Shown piece by piece: positions 12,921 through 25,300 of a stretch of DNA of 64,000 nt. Source of the DNA: an uncultured Rivularia sp. Lineage in GTDB: Bacteria > Cyanobacteriota > Cyanobacteriia > Cyanobacteriales > Nostocaceae. The translations under genes and the position numbers were made by a program. Location: positions 6,336,001 through 6,400,000 of the forward strand of contig OY762007.1 in assembly GCA_963665115.1 (NCBI GenBank), written 5' to 3'. Below the pieces are notes generated by a model that made no database searches, was not told the origin of the DNA, and worked only from the letters and a program-made list of their open reading frames with translations. How positions within the stretch are numbered: the stretch's first letter is position 1; each line of letters starts with the position of its first letter.

Positions 12921-15900
12921 TCATTCCCCTAACTCCTTCATAACCTCTTCAGCCGATAAACCTTGAATTTCAGCCAAAACATCAGCCATTTGAGCTAAAT
13001 CATCCTCTTTCGGCTGCTCTTTCTCTACTAACTCGGCAATTTTACCCACCGTCGGTGCTTCAAACAAAACACTCCGCATTTCTAACTCAACTTGAAACAT
13101 TTCTCTAAGTCTTGCAATTGCTTGTACTGCTAACAATGAATGTCCACCCAATTCAAAGAAACTGTCATTGACTCCAACTTTATCTATACCTAATAAATCT
13201 TGCCATATTTGAGCTGTTGCTTGCTCAATATCATTTCTAGGTGCAATATATTCATTAGTTAAATTCGGTCTTTTATGACTGGAATTATTACTAATGGTAG
13301 ATGTTTCATTTAATGGTTTTAAGTTTATCCACTGCTTAATTCTTGCATCTAACTCTCCCTTACTCACCACAACTTGAGGAAAAGCAGCCATATCTAAAAT
13401 ATTTTGAGTTGCTTTCCATACTTCATTAGGAGTCAGAGCAAAATCAGCCATATTGGAACTAAATTCACGATGTTGATTTAATTCAAAATCATAAGCATCC
13501 CAATTGACGCTAAACCAAGGAGTTGAATTAGTATTACTATTTAGATTATTGCTTAATTGTTGTTGAGCAAAAGCATCGACAAAATAATTTGCAGCACTAT
13601 AAGCTCCTAACCCCAATCCACCAACAACAGTAGATAAAGAAGATTGCAAAATACAAAAATCAACTTTCCTCGACTGCAAAACCTTCTCTAAAACCTGCAA
13701 ACCATAAACCTTATAGCGGAAATTATACTCGCAATGATTCCTAGTCAATTCCCCAATTGTTGCTGTTGAATTCTCATTACTCATCGGAGTTGAATAAAAT
13801 ACCCCGTTAATTTCCCCAAAATGTGATTCTGCTTGAGAAATAGCATCCTCCATTTCCGACTCAGAGGTAATATCCGCTTCCACAAACAAATATTCTTCCC
13901 ATTCCCAACTTGGTTTTTCATCCCCAATCAAAACCAGTCTTGCTCCCAACGTGTTAACTAAATACTCAGTAAAAACCCTACCAAGCCCACCAACCAAATC
14001 CCCAATAATTAAATAACTCCCCCCCTCACGCAACACAACCTCCGTACCTCCTCCCTCAGCGCTCTCAGCGTCTCTGCGGTTTTTTAATTCCGTAAACACC
14101 TGTTCCCAACGATATCTTCCCCGATAAGCAACAGTAAAATCACTAACTTCACTTACAACCTCAGTCAATAACTGCTTGACTAACCTTTCATTCCCTTTCT
14201 CATCGAGGGTTACATCAATATTACAGCAAGCAATATTAGGATATTCCTGCCCAATCACCTTACCCAAACCCACTATCGGAGATTGAATTGAGTGTAAATC
14301 CTCTTCCCCAACAACGTCATAAAGACAATTAGTAATAATCTTGATATAAATCGAATTCTTAATTTTCTGTTGAGCGATCGCCTTCGTTAAATACAGTAAA
14401 CTATAAAATCCCAACTTCTGAGCATCTGCAAAGTTCGTACTAACATCATCTAAATTCCACAGATGAATCACCCGCTCAACACTTAATTCCCGTAATTCCA
14501 AATCTTCCAACAACTCAACATAATCTTTTCTATTTTCAGGATTAATACAAAATTGTCGATAACCAAGTTGGTCAAACTTATCACCAACGGCAACAGTAAT
14601 TACATCATGTCCGGCATTTCCCAATTGTTGACTAATTTCGCTACCAATACCAGCAGCATCAACAAAAATTAACCACACATACTTATTAGAAGCAAGTTTT
14701 TCCGCAGTTACAAACTCGACTTTATCCCGTTCCCAAGAAGGTACATAAAACCAATCTCCATCATGATTGATTTTAACTTTATTCTTACCCCTTAAATCCT
14801 GACTTATTGAGCTAGAAGCATCTATCCAGTAACGCTTTCTCTCAAACGGATAAGTTGGTAAAGGTATTCGATAACGTTTTTGTTGCTGATAAAAACCATT
14901 CCAATTAATTGTCAATCCATTTAACCACAGTTTACCCAATGTATTTAAAATAAAATCAACATTACTATTATCTTCCTTGGGATGTCTCAAACTTGTTAAA
15001 ACCAGTTCCCCTTGTCCCTTTGCAAAAGTACTAAGTGTCCTTCCCGCACCAACTTCTAATAAAATCCTACTAGAATCTTTCGTCAACTCTTCAATACCAG
15101 CAGCAAACTGTACCGTTTCTCGTAAATGTTTCACCCAATAAGCTTTATCAGTTGCTTGAGTTGCAGTAATCCAAGTACCAGTAACATTAGATATAAAAGG
15201 AATCGCAGGAGGATTTAATTTAATAGATTCCAATACTTCCATAAACGGTTTTTCTGCACCAGACATCATTGGTGAATGAAACGCATGAGATGTATGTAAA
15301 AGCCGACAAGCTATATTTGATGATTCTAAACGTTGTTGTAAGTCGGCGATCGCCTCACAATTTCCCGACACTACACATAATAATGGTGAATTAATCGCAG
15401 CTAAAGTAATTTCTTCATTTAACCAAGATTGAATTTCAGCAACAGATAAAAACACCGAAAGCATACTACCACTTGGCTGTTGCTGCATTAACTTTCCTCG
15501 GTTAGCAACCACCTTTAAAGCATCTTCTAAAGAAAATACTCCAGCCAAACAAGCCGCTACATATTCCCCAATACTATGTCCAATAGTAACTTGTGGAATA
15601 ATTCCCCATGACATCCATAACTTAGCTAAAGCGTATTCGATGATGAATATTGCAGGTTGAGCTTGAGCGGTTTGGTTGAGAGAGGGGGAAGAATTCCGAT
15701 TTCCTATTCCCTGTTCCCTATTCCCTGTTCCCTTATTAGGATAAATTAAGGCTAGTAAATCAAAACCGAGATGGGGTTTGAGTAAGGTGCAGCAATTATC
15801 TACTGTTTCTCTAAATACTGTTTGCGTTTCATATAATTCCCGTCCCATGTTAACGTATTGACTTCCTTGTCCGGAAAACATGAAAGTAATACTTCGAGTT

Positions 15901-17571
15901 GTCGGGGTGTGAGTGTGGGTAAAAACTTCCGGTGCAGAAGATGATTTTAATAATTCAATAGCGGATTCAATGTTTTGACAAACCAAGAAGCGACGATGTT
16001 CAAATTCTTGTCTACCAACTTTTAATGTATAAGCTACATCGGCTAGGTTTGAATTGGGATTTGTTTCTAGATAATTAGCTAAATTTTTTGTCGCTGTTTG
16101 TAATGCTGATTCTGTTTTAGCAGATATTAATAACAGTTCCCACGAATCGTTAACCTCACCCCCGTCCCCCTCTCCTTGTAAAGGAGAGGGGTGTTTGATA
16201 ATCTCCTTCCCCTCTCCTTAATAAGGAGAGGGGTGTCCGTAAGGACGGGGTGAGGTTTTCTTCCAATACCACATGAGCATTTGTTCCGCCAATTCCAAAG
16301 CAACTGACACCAGCACGACGCGGTAATTTATCGGTTTCCCATGCTGATAAACTCGCATTTACATAAAAAGGACTATTCTTAAAATCAATTTGCGGATTCG
16401 GTTGCTCAAAATGCAAACTAGGAGGAATCTGCTTATATTTAAGCGCTAACACTGCTTTAATTAAACTAGCGATTCCCGCAGCAGTATCTAAATGTCCGAT
16501 ATTAGTTTTCACCGAACCAATACCGCAGGGTTTTTGTTTTTTCTCTACCCTCTCTACCCCCTCTACTCTCTTCTCACTTCCAAATACTTGAGTTAATGCT
16601 GCAATTTCAATTGGATCTCCTAATGCAGTACCCGTACCGTGAGCTTCAATATAACTAATACTCTCAGGTTCAACTTCCGCTATCAATTGTGCAGCACGAA
16701 TTACTTTTGCTTGAGCGTCAATACTCGGAGATGTATAACTAACTTTGAAAGCACCATCATTATTAATAGCACTTCCTTTAATTACTGCATCAATACTGTC
16801 TCCATCATTTAAAGCATCTTCCAATCTCTTGAGAACAACAATTCCGACTCCACTTCCCGAAACTGTTCCTTTTGCATTAGCATCGAAAGCACGGCAATGT
16901 CCATCCGGTGAATAAATACCACCTTCTTGATATAAGTACCCCAGCTGCTTGGAAATTGCTACCCCACCTGCCAAAGCCATGTCGCATTCACCGCTCAATA
17001 AACTTTGGCAAGCTATATGAACTGCAACTAAAGATGTCGAACAAGCAGTTTGTACATCAACGCTTGGCCCTGATAAATTCAGTTTATAGGATACTCGCGT
17101 TGTTAAAAAGTCCTTGTCGCTGGCTAAAAATAATTGATAATTACTGACAGAATTACGAATATTTGGATTTGTGTAGAGATTGAACAAATATCCATTCATT
17201 CCCGCACCACCATAAACCCCAATCAAACCTGGATAAGTTTGCGGGTTATATCCTGCGGTTTCTATTGCTTCTTGGGCACATTCTAAAAATAAACGCTGTT
17301 GTGGATCTAAAATTTCAGCTTCCCTGGGACTAAAACCAAAAAAATCAGCATCGAATAGTTCGACATCTTCGAGTACTGCACCCGCTTTTACATACTGGGG
17401 ATGCTTCAAAGACTCCTTATCTACACCTTGAGAAAGCAAATATTCATCCGTCAAAGGACGAATTGATTCAGTTCCATTCTGAATATTTTGCCAATACTCG
17501 TCGATATTTCTAGCACCTGGAAATCTCCCAGCCATGCCGATAATAGCTATTTCTAATCCGTTCGTATTCAT
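12921..17571 (-). CDS. Type I PKS module KS-AT(malonyl)-KR-ACP, ~1549 aa after repairing one +1 frameshift
   Basis: KS ACSTSLVAVH, EAHGTGT, NIGHLD; AT GHSIGE and HAFHS; KR YSAAN; ACP GGHSLL. ORFs 16156..17571 and 12921..15986 join on removing one C from gtccccc (~16166-16170) within an inserted palindromic repeat, restoring DSWELLLISAKTESAL. Confidence 0.9.
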
Positions 17572-17638
17572 AAAACTTTCAATCGCACAATAAATGAGCG
17601 CGAATCATTTTTATCTAATCAATTTATAATTTCAATTT

Positions 17639-17655
17639 ATGAGAAGTATTCTTAA
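17639..17655. promoter_or_regulatory. Fur-box-like 7-1-7 inverted repeat upstream of the PKS-NRPS operon
   Basis: aTGAGAAGtATTCTTAa, ~70 bp upstream of the PKS start; resembles TGA(G/T)AATnATT(C/A)TCA. Confidence 0.55.
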
Positions 17656-17774
17656 TAGACTCCTGACATTTGGCTATTATTGCACAGATATTGCAAGTAA
17701 TTACGTAATTTTTGTTACTATTTTGAGAAATGTAAATATAAAAAATAAAAAAACTGTTTAGCCCATGTAGAGTA

Positions 17775-18806
17775 TCACAGCTTTACTGGTGCAAATTCCA
17801 AGCCAGATGCCAAAATCGCTTGCTGACACCTTTCTTGAGACATATCACCCCCAATAACTTTTCGATTGAATTTATTTGCGATCGCAATCATTTCTGGATA
17901 TGGGAGCCAAGGAAAAACGATTGCTTCTCCAGGTAGAGAAAACATATTAATCAACTGTTCCAACTTATTCTGCTGCAATACCGACTCTTCTAAAACAATC
18001 AACGTTTGGGCTACATCAATCAACCAATCGTGATCCCAATTGTTGGAAGTCGCAGCCACAGCCAAGCTCACATCGGGTATATGAGAATGAAATTCAGGTG
18101 CTGCGGTATCTCCACAAAAAACCATATGTTGTCCTTCCAATACATACCAACCCGCTTCAACTTTTATATCGCTAAGGGAGTATGTTTGTTTTTGTTTTAA
18201 TTCTGGTTCGGGGACTTCTACTGATTTAACGTCAATTACTGTAGGTGTAGGAGGAATTAATTGAAGAATTTCGGGAATAGAAGTAGCAGTTATAGGTAAT
18301 TGTGTTTCAGCAACAGGTGTAGAATCATTCTGCTTAACTTCAGGAGGGTTAGATTTCTGCTTGTTCTGCTTAATTTCCGAACTCAATTCCTTGTGAGTAA
18401 TTTTTTCTCCATCATAAGCTTTTAGCAAATACTCTTCCCGTAATTCGTCAGGTGTAGATGGTGCTGCTAAAAGATAAAGAGCAGAAGTAGCAATATCAAT
18501 TTGTGCAAGATTTGCACGTTCCCCAAAAGTTTCATAGACATTTATGAAATTGTATGCTGTACGCCTGCTCCATTCAAATTCCGCTTTTACCCAAGCCTCA
18601 AATTGACCATGCTTCAGTTGAGCGCGTACATCCGCTAACCGCTGACCAATTTCCCAGATATCCTGTGCCGAACGCTGCAAACGCTCCTGAATCTCGCCAG
18701 TTCTTTGCATGACTAGGTTTCGTTGCTCTACAGTCAACGCTTCGTAATCAAACACAGAAGTAGTAATTTGTTTGCTTTTATCCAATTTACTCACACCTAG
18801 CTCCAA
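17775..18806 (-). CDS. DUF3102-domain protein with a degenerate C-terminal DNA-methylase-like segment
   Basis: N-terminal FDY...IWEIGQRL..VRAQLKHGQFEAWVKAEFEWSRRTAYNFINVY...SALYLLAAPSTP is typical of cyanobacterial DUF3102. C-terminal WYVLEGQHMVFCGDT and PGEAIVFPW...RKVIGGD...C resemble N6/N4 methylase flanks. Start is TTG 18806 or GTG 18794. Confidence 0.75.
   Translation of the reverse strand: MELGVSKLDKSKQITTSVFDYEALTVEQRNLVMQRTGEIQERLQRSAQDIWEIGQRLADVRAQLKHGQFEAWVKAEFEWSRRTAYNFINVYETFGERANLAQIDIATSALYLLAAPSTPDELREEYLLKAYDGEKITHKELSSEIKQNKQKSNPPEVKQNDSTPVAETQLPITATSIPEILQLIPPTPTVIDVKSVEVPEPELKQKQTYSLSDIKVEAGWYVLEGQHMVFCGDTAAPEFHSHIPDVSLAVAATSNNWDHDWLIDVAQTLIVLEESVLQQNKLEQLINMFSLPGEAIVFPWLPYPEMIAIANKFNRKVIGGDMSQERCQQAILASGLEFAPVKL
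18503..18517. promoter_or_regulatory. Palindrome GTGCAAGATTTGCAC inside the DUF3102 gene (putative operator)
   Basis: Encodes RANLAQ; matches intergenic copies at 33465, 45913 and 60586. Confidence 0.5.
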
Positions 18807-18928
18807 CTTATCTATTAGATCATAATTTATTTCTTGTCCTAAAAATATGCACCCAGCTATAAGCTATCGCAAAGCATCTCATAAGTTTTGATTAATATAT
18901 AACTTTTGTTAAAAAAAATACGGCGGGG

Positions 18929-18971
18929 TTGACAAGTAACCGCTTTCGTAAGTTAATGAGAATTATTATTA
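18929..18971 (+). promoter_or_regulatory. Sigma70-like promoter overlapped by a Fur-like box, between the divergent DUF3102 and VOC genes
   Basis: TTGACA 18929-18934, 17-bp spacer, GTTAAT 18952-18957; TGAGAATtATTATTA 18957-18971. Confidence 0.5.
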
Positions 18972-19516
18972 TTTGGATTTAAGTATACTTAGTTGCTTAT
19001 GAATTCACCGACTTGAGTCTTGAAAATCTATTAGTTTTTCCGTTTGGAATGCAGTACATATCATTCATATTTATGTCCAAAGGAGGGACACAGAAATAGC
19101 TGTGAATAGTATTGTTTACAAGCCATAACCAAGAAACTTATGTTTTTGACTTAATGAATCCGAATGCAAATTTACATTCATCATAAATTTTGTATAAATT
19201 AAATTCTTCTAGCTGGCTGGTGCAGAAAATTGTCTAAGTACATATACATTGTTAAAGAAGCATCAAATTTTGTTGATAATAATGAGAGATAATCATGTCA
19301 AATAAATAAGAAATTTTAATCATTGCAAACTTTATAGACGATGCAATGAAGCACAATTTCGATAAGTAAAAGCATTTATAAAATGTATTTGTTGCAGAAA
19401 CGAAGAAAAAAATTTACATAACTAGACAAATCTATATATAGATTTTCATGATTATAAGGGTGAATGGGCTTCGGATTAGTTGGACTAAAAACTCAAAAAC
19501 AAATAATAAATAGAAG

Positions 19517-20227
19517 ATGACACAATTATTAGTAGATGAGACGTTGCTGCAAATAGATCACATTTTTGTCTGTCTTGAAACCGCACCTGATAAACTATTC
19601 TTGAAAGATTTAGGTTTAATTTGTACGGATAATGTAACTTTTCATCCACAGCAAGGAACCGCTTCTAGCCTTATTTTTTTTGAAAATACCTATATCGAAT
19701 TAATTTGGGTTGAGGATGAAATGATGGCAGAAATATATGCTATGCGTTCGGGGATAGACTTTACCGCACGTTCCTATTCTCCACAAAAAGCAACTTCTCC
19801 ATTTGGGATTGCTCTTCATCAAAAACCTAAAATTGTTCATCCCGAGTATGGTTCTTCAAGTAGCCTAAATCATCAACCCCCAGAACAATTTATTAATTTT
19901 GCAGCTTCAAATCTTGCTGCTCAAACAGAACCGCTATGTTTTATGATTCCTGAGTCAGTTTCTTTCTCAACCATATTTAATCCTCTTTTAGAAACTCATC
20001 GAAAATTAATAAATCATCCCTTGGGAATCAGAAAGTTAACAAATACTAGTATTGCGATGCGGAAATTCGGATTACTCACCAATCCTATTTCCATGTTGAA
20101 AAGAGACGGAATTATAGAAATAGAACAAAATTCTTCTCCATTATTAGAGTTGACATTTGACTATGGTGTTCAAAGAGAGAGTATTGATTTGCAATCGATT
20201 GGGATTCCGATTGTGTTGAAATATTGA
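19517..20227 (+). CDS. VOC/glyoxalase-like (Glyoxalase_3-type) protein
   Basis: IDHIFVC, HPQQGTASSLIFFENTYIELIWVED and SPFGI pattern; 236 aa. Confidence 0.75.
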   Translation: MTQLLVDETLLQIDHIFVCLETAPDKLFLKDLGLICTDNVTFHPQQGTASSLIFFENTYIELIWVEDEMMAEIYAMRSGIDFTARSYSPQKATSPFGIALHQKPKIVHPEYGSSSSLNHQPPEQFINFAASNLAAQTEPLCFMIPESVSFSTIFNPLLETHRKLINHPLGIRKLTNTSIAMRKFGLLTNPISMLKRDGIIEIEQNSSPLLELTFDYGVQRESIDLQSIGIPIVLKY

Positions 20228-20543
20228 CTCAAAAGTATTATTGTTTTAGGAATATGAATTTAAGTCATGGGTAAAGGTTGAGAGAAAAACATAAACTCTG
20301 TGACCTTTGATTTGCATCTATATATCATGTCTGGTTTAACTTTTATATGACTTTTATGACTGGTGACACACGTAAGGTAATTGGTATTAAAGAATAAATT
20401 AATTCCAGCCTTCGTGCGTATTTTTTATGTCTTTGGGACATTTACAACTTACCGTCATGGTTATATAAAATTGTTGGCAGTACATGAATAAAAAAACACT
20501 TCCGTATAAATATTGATGTTCGCGTAATTTTAAGAATCAAATT

Positions 20544-22145
20544 ATGACAATTGCAATCAGTGCAAATCCCACAGTCCTGACTGAAGAACAGGGAACAGAA
20601 CTCGTTCTTACACTCACTTCAAGCGAACCAATACCGTCGGGTGGTTTGGTTGTTACTATTGATAGTCCGACTGAAAATGCTTTGGGCCAATTGGATGTAT
20701 TCGCAGCCCAATTCCAGAATGGTCGGTTTGTCAGCGTTAATGATGATACTAGTGGGTTCAATTTTCAAATTAACGCATCACCAGCAACTATAACTGTACC
20801 GATTTTTGATGACCAAGATCCTGACGCAGGTAATTTAAGTTTTGCGCTTCAACCAGGTGCAGGATATACAATTGACCCAAATGCAAGTTCGGTAAATTTG
20901 ACTTTGGCAGATGCTGAAAGCCCAACACCAGAACCAGAACCCGAACCAGAACCAGAACCCGAACCAGAACCTGAACCTGAACCTGAACCCGAGCCAGAAC
21001 CAGAGCCAGAACCAGAACCCGAACCCGAACCTGAACCTGAACCAGAACCAACTAATACCATTCCAGTTGCTCAAAACGATAGCTACGCGACTCAAGCGGG
21101 TCAACAGCTGAATATAGATGTAGCTTTAGGAGTATTGACAAATGATACGGATGCTGAGGGCAACCCATTAAATGCTACGATTGTGGATGCTCCAGATAAC
21201 AACGCCAATTTTACCTTTAGCAGTGATGGGTCATTTGCATATACTTCCCTTGATGACTTTAGCGGTACCGATAGCTTTACTTATACAGTTAGCGATGGTG
21301 AGTTAACTTCCGAACCTGCAACGGTAGAAATAAATGTTGCAGCAGCACCCGAGCCGGAACCCGAACCAGAACCAGAACCCGAACCCGAACCAGATACCGA
21401 TACTAGTGTTCCACCATTAGGTTCGGGACCAGAACCAGAACCGGAACCAACTCCGGAACCCGAACCCACACCAGAACCAGATTCATCAGAATCAGAAGTT
21501 AGTGAGATTGTCAATATTGCCTTTAATACAAACGAAGCCGATGCAGCCAGCAATTTAATTTTTGATACAACTCCAGCAGGTGAAGGAACTAATGTCGTTG
21601 CTAGACTTGTTGATGATGTAGAAGATTTAGGAACTGATGCAGCATTTGAGAACCTTGTAGGTTTGTATGAAATAGTAGACGCAAACGGTGGAATAGATAC
21701 TAACGGTGATGGTCAAGCTGATATACTTCCCGGACAAGAAGGTTATGCACTAGCTGCAATCGAAAATCGCGTTGATAATTTTGTATTGCAAGCTGGTGGT
21801 TCGGGAGATGAAGATGATAATACCTCGGTAGAGGAATTTGGAGATGTAATTCTTGAAGGAGGAAAATTATTTGCTCCGTTTATAATTGCTAACGGTGGTG
21901 AATTAGGTTTTGATGGATTTATTGAAAGCGAAGGTGGAGAAGGAAATGCGTTTAACAATGCTGCTGAATCCATTGATGATGCAGTAGCTTATTTCGGCTT
22001 TACCGAAGCGAATCCCGATGGAGTTGCACACTTACAATCTCGTGGGAATAACATCTTCGGCTTTGAAGACCTTCCCAGTAACCTCGCTGGTGTTAGCGAC
22101 AACGACTTCAACGATGCTGTATTCGGGTTTGAATTTTCAGCATAA
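20544..22145 (+). CDS. Acidic modular protein: array-type N-terminal domain, (EP)n linkers, cadherin-like/Big_9 repeat, C-terminal DUF4114-like domain
   Basis: N-terminus [18 protein letters not shown] nearly matches those starting at 45416, 57817 and 59731. [11 protein letters not shown]...GSFAYT...[14 protein letters not shown] repeat; ends FGFEDL...DNDFNDAVF. Confidence 0.8.
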   Translation: MTIAISANPTVLTEEQGTELVLTLTSSEPIPSGGLVVTIDSPTENALGQLDVFAAQFQNGRFVSVNDDTSGFNFQINASPATITVPIFDDQDPDAGNLSFALQPGAGYTIDPNASSVNLTLADAESPTPEPEPEPEPEPEPEPEPEPEPEPEPEPEPEPEPEPEPEPEPTNTIPVAQNDSYATQAGQQLNIDVALGVLTNDTDAEGNPLNATIVDAPDNNANFTFSSDGSFAYTSLDDFSGTDSFTYTVSDGELTSEPATVEINVAAAPEPEPEPEPEPEPEPDTDTSVPPLGSGPEPEPEPTPEPEPTPEPDSSESEVSEIVNIAFNTNEADAASNLIFDTTPAGEGTNVVARLVDDVEDLGTDAAFENLVGLYEIVDANGGIDTNGDGQADILPGQEGYALAAIENRVDNFVLQAGGSGDEDDNTSVEEFGDVILEGGKLFAPFIIANGGELGFDGFIESEGGEGNAFNNAAESIDDAVAYFGFTEANPDGVAHLQSRGNNIFGFEDLPSNLAGVSDNDFNDAVFGFEFSA

Positions 22146-22170
22146 TTAATTAGTTAATACCGTTAACTAA

Positions 22171-22351
22171 TGTAGAGACGTAGCAGTGCTACGTCTCCGA
22201 GTATTTAGATTTGCAACGATAATTTTACAGAATGATATTAATAATTTGAGAATTTAGATATTACATAAGTCATTCTCAAACATAATAAAAATAACAAATA
22301 TTTTCGCCGCATTATCATCATTAGGGAGACGTAGCATTGCTACATCTCTAC
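22171..22351. repeat. REPIN-like inverted pair of GTAG-type REP palindromes between convergent genes
   Basis: tgtagagacgtagcagtgctacgtctcc ... ggagacgtagcattgctacatctctaca. Confidence 0.75.
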
Positions 22352-22375
22352 ATTAGTTGCGGGTAATAATTAGAT

Positions 22376-25300
22376 TTAATTATTTCTTTTTCTTAAACGC
22401 TGTTTCAAACGTTCTTTACCGGCGGAAATTTGCTCGTTTCTAGAATTATCTTGCTGAACCTGCATTGAATTAACATTACTAAAATAATTAACAAGCGCAC
22501 TAATAGTTGGATGACGAAACATTTCTACTAAGGGAATATTGGAAGAGAATTTTTCGCGGAGTTGACTCTGAACTTTCACCATTGATAATGAATGTCCTCC
22601 CAAATCAAAAAAATTGTCGTGAATGCCGATTTTTTCTACTTGTAGAACTTGCTGCCAAATTTGAGCAATTTCCCGCTCAATTTCCGATGAAGGTATGACA
22701 TAATTTTCTAATTTAGGACGATTATTATCTGGACTAGGTAAAGCTTTGCGGTCAATTTTACGGTTTGGAGTCAGAGGAAATTCTTCTAACGTAATATAGT
22801 TAGAAGGAATCATATAACCAGGTAGCTTATCTTGTAAAAATTGCCGTAATTCTATTTGTGAAATTTCGGAAGATGATATTAAATAAGCAACTAATCGCTC
22901 ATCATCTTGATTTTTAGATAAAGTTACCACAGCTTGTTTAACATTAGGATGCTGCATCAAAACCGCTTCAATTTCCCCCAACTCAATCCGAAAACCTCTT
23001 AATTTGATTTGATAATCAATTCGTCCGAGATATTCTAAATTACCATCAGGTAGATAGCGTACTAAATCTCCAGTTTTATAAAGATTAGAGGGGGAAGAGA
23101 GGGACGAGGGGGAAGAGGGGGTAGAAGAAGAAAACGGATTGGGAATAAATTTTTGCGCTGTTAATTCTGGTTTATTCAAATAACCCTTTGCTAATCCCGC
23201 ACCACCAATATATAATTGTCCCGGAACACCAATCGGAACAGGTTTTAAATTATCATCAAGAACGTAAAAACTAGTATTATTAATTGGTTTACCAATCGGA
23301 ACATTGGGGGAGACGTTAAATTTAACGTCTCTACATTCAGCTACAGCAGACCAAATTGTAGCCTCCGTTGGACCATATAAATTCCATACATCCTTACTAC
23401 GTTTCAATAATTCATTTGCAACATTTATATCTAAAGCTTCCCCACCACAAAGAACTTTTAACTGTTGATTTCCTTTCCATCCTGCTGCTAACAATAATCT
23501 CCAAGTTGCAGGAGTCGCTTGCATTATGGTAACTTGATTTTCTTCAATGCTTCGCGTTAATTCAATTGCATTTGCAGAAAATTCTCTACTAACAATTACA
23601 AGACGCGCACCTGAAATTAAAGGAAGATATAATTCTAATGCAGCAATATCAAAAGATAATGTTGTTACTGATAGCAATACATCGCTTTCTAATAATCCTG
23701 GTTTTTCCTGCATTGATTCGAGACAGTTAACCAAAGATTTGTGCATAATTTGCACCCCTTTAGGTTTACCAGTGGAACCGCTTGTGTAAATAATGTAGGC
23801 TAGATTTTCGGAAGTTGCTTGGGGTGGTAGATTCTCACAAGATTGCTTTTCAATTAATTCCCAGTCATTATCTAAATTAATCACATTCTGTAGAGACGCG
23901 ATATATCGCGTCTCTACAATATATCGCGTCTTTACAGATTCTATAACTAAAAAATTCACCCCAGAATCTTCCACCATAAACCTCAAACGTTCTTGTGGGA
24001 AAGCTGGATCTAAAGGAATATAGGTTCCACCTGCTTTGAGAATTCCTAATAGCGCGATCGCCATTTTTTCAGAACGTTCTAAGCAAATTCCTACTCGTGT
24101 TTCTCTGGTAACTCCTAACGATTGTAAATAACGAGCAAGTTGATTTGCTTTTTGGTTTAATTCTTTATATGTAAGCTGTTGCGATTCAAATACAACTGCA
24201 ATTTTATCGGGTATTTTTTCCGCTTGTGCTTCAAATAATTGATGAATACAAAGATTTGAATATTCGCAATTAGTCTTATTCCATTCAACAAGTAATTGCT
24301 GCTGTTCTTCCGATGTTAATAAAGGTAATTCTGATAAAACTTCCTGAGAATCAATAAGCATTCCTTCTAGCAAAGTTTGTAAATGACCTAATATTCTTGT
24401 GACTGTTGCTTCATCAAAACGATAACCATCATATAGCATTCGTAACGTGATTTTTGAATCTACAACTACATACAATCCTAAAGGAAAATTATTTTGTTCT
24501 GTTGTATTAATATTTTGTAAACTCAGGTCTTTGATTGCCGATTTTATAGTTGTTTCTACAGGATAATTTTCAAATACAATAATACTTTCAAATAAAGGTA
24601 AACCTCTAGGAACATCACTCCAGCGCTGAATTTCTATTAATGGACTAAATTCATATTGCTGTAATTCTATTTGCTGTTTCTGAAGTTGTTGCAACCAAGG
24701 TAAAAGTTTTTGTTTACCATCAATTTGGACTCGCAATGGTAGAGTATTTATAAATAAACCTACCATTGATTCAGAATTTACAAGCGTTGCCGGACGACCC
24801 GAACTAGTTACACCAAATACAATATCATTCTCACCACTATATCTACTCAACATTAACGCAAAAGCCGCTTGAACCAAAGTATTAAGAGTGAGTTGATGAT
24901 TTTTCGCAAAAGTTTGTAATTTAGACGTAATTTCCTCTGAAACTTGAATTTCTTGCTTTTGATTGTTGGAATTAGGTTTGATTGAAGGCTCTAATTTTTT
25001 ATCTACTCGAAAAGGTGTTGGTGATAGAAAACCCGCAAGATTTTTTCGCCAAAATTGCTCTGCTTCAGGTAAACTTTGTTGTTGTAACCAAGCTATATAA
25101 TCTTTGTATGGACGAGATTTATTTAAAGGTTTATTTAATAGAGATTTACCTTTGCTAATAATACTGTAGCTGCTCAAAACATCTTGAAGTACCAAAGGAA
25201 CAGACCAACCATCAAGTAATAGGTGATGATAAATCCAAATAAACTGATAAATTTGTGGCTGTTTGCGAATTAAAATTAACCTAATTAACGGTGCTTTGCT

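Larger units (their letters stand above)
1069..16257. repeat. Dispersed GC-rich palindrome aacctcaccccg...tctcctt-n-aaggagagggg...ggggtgaggtt inserted in NRPS/PKS coding sequence
   Basis: Copies at ~1069-1130, 2259-2320, 3093-3205, 10766-10870 and 16152-16257. Confidence 0.85.

Noticed and set aside
20788..21553. Short low-complexity ORFs (VLV, FWF, GS, QN repeats)
   Set aside because: Shadows of the EP linkers in the 20544..22145 gene.
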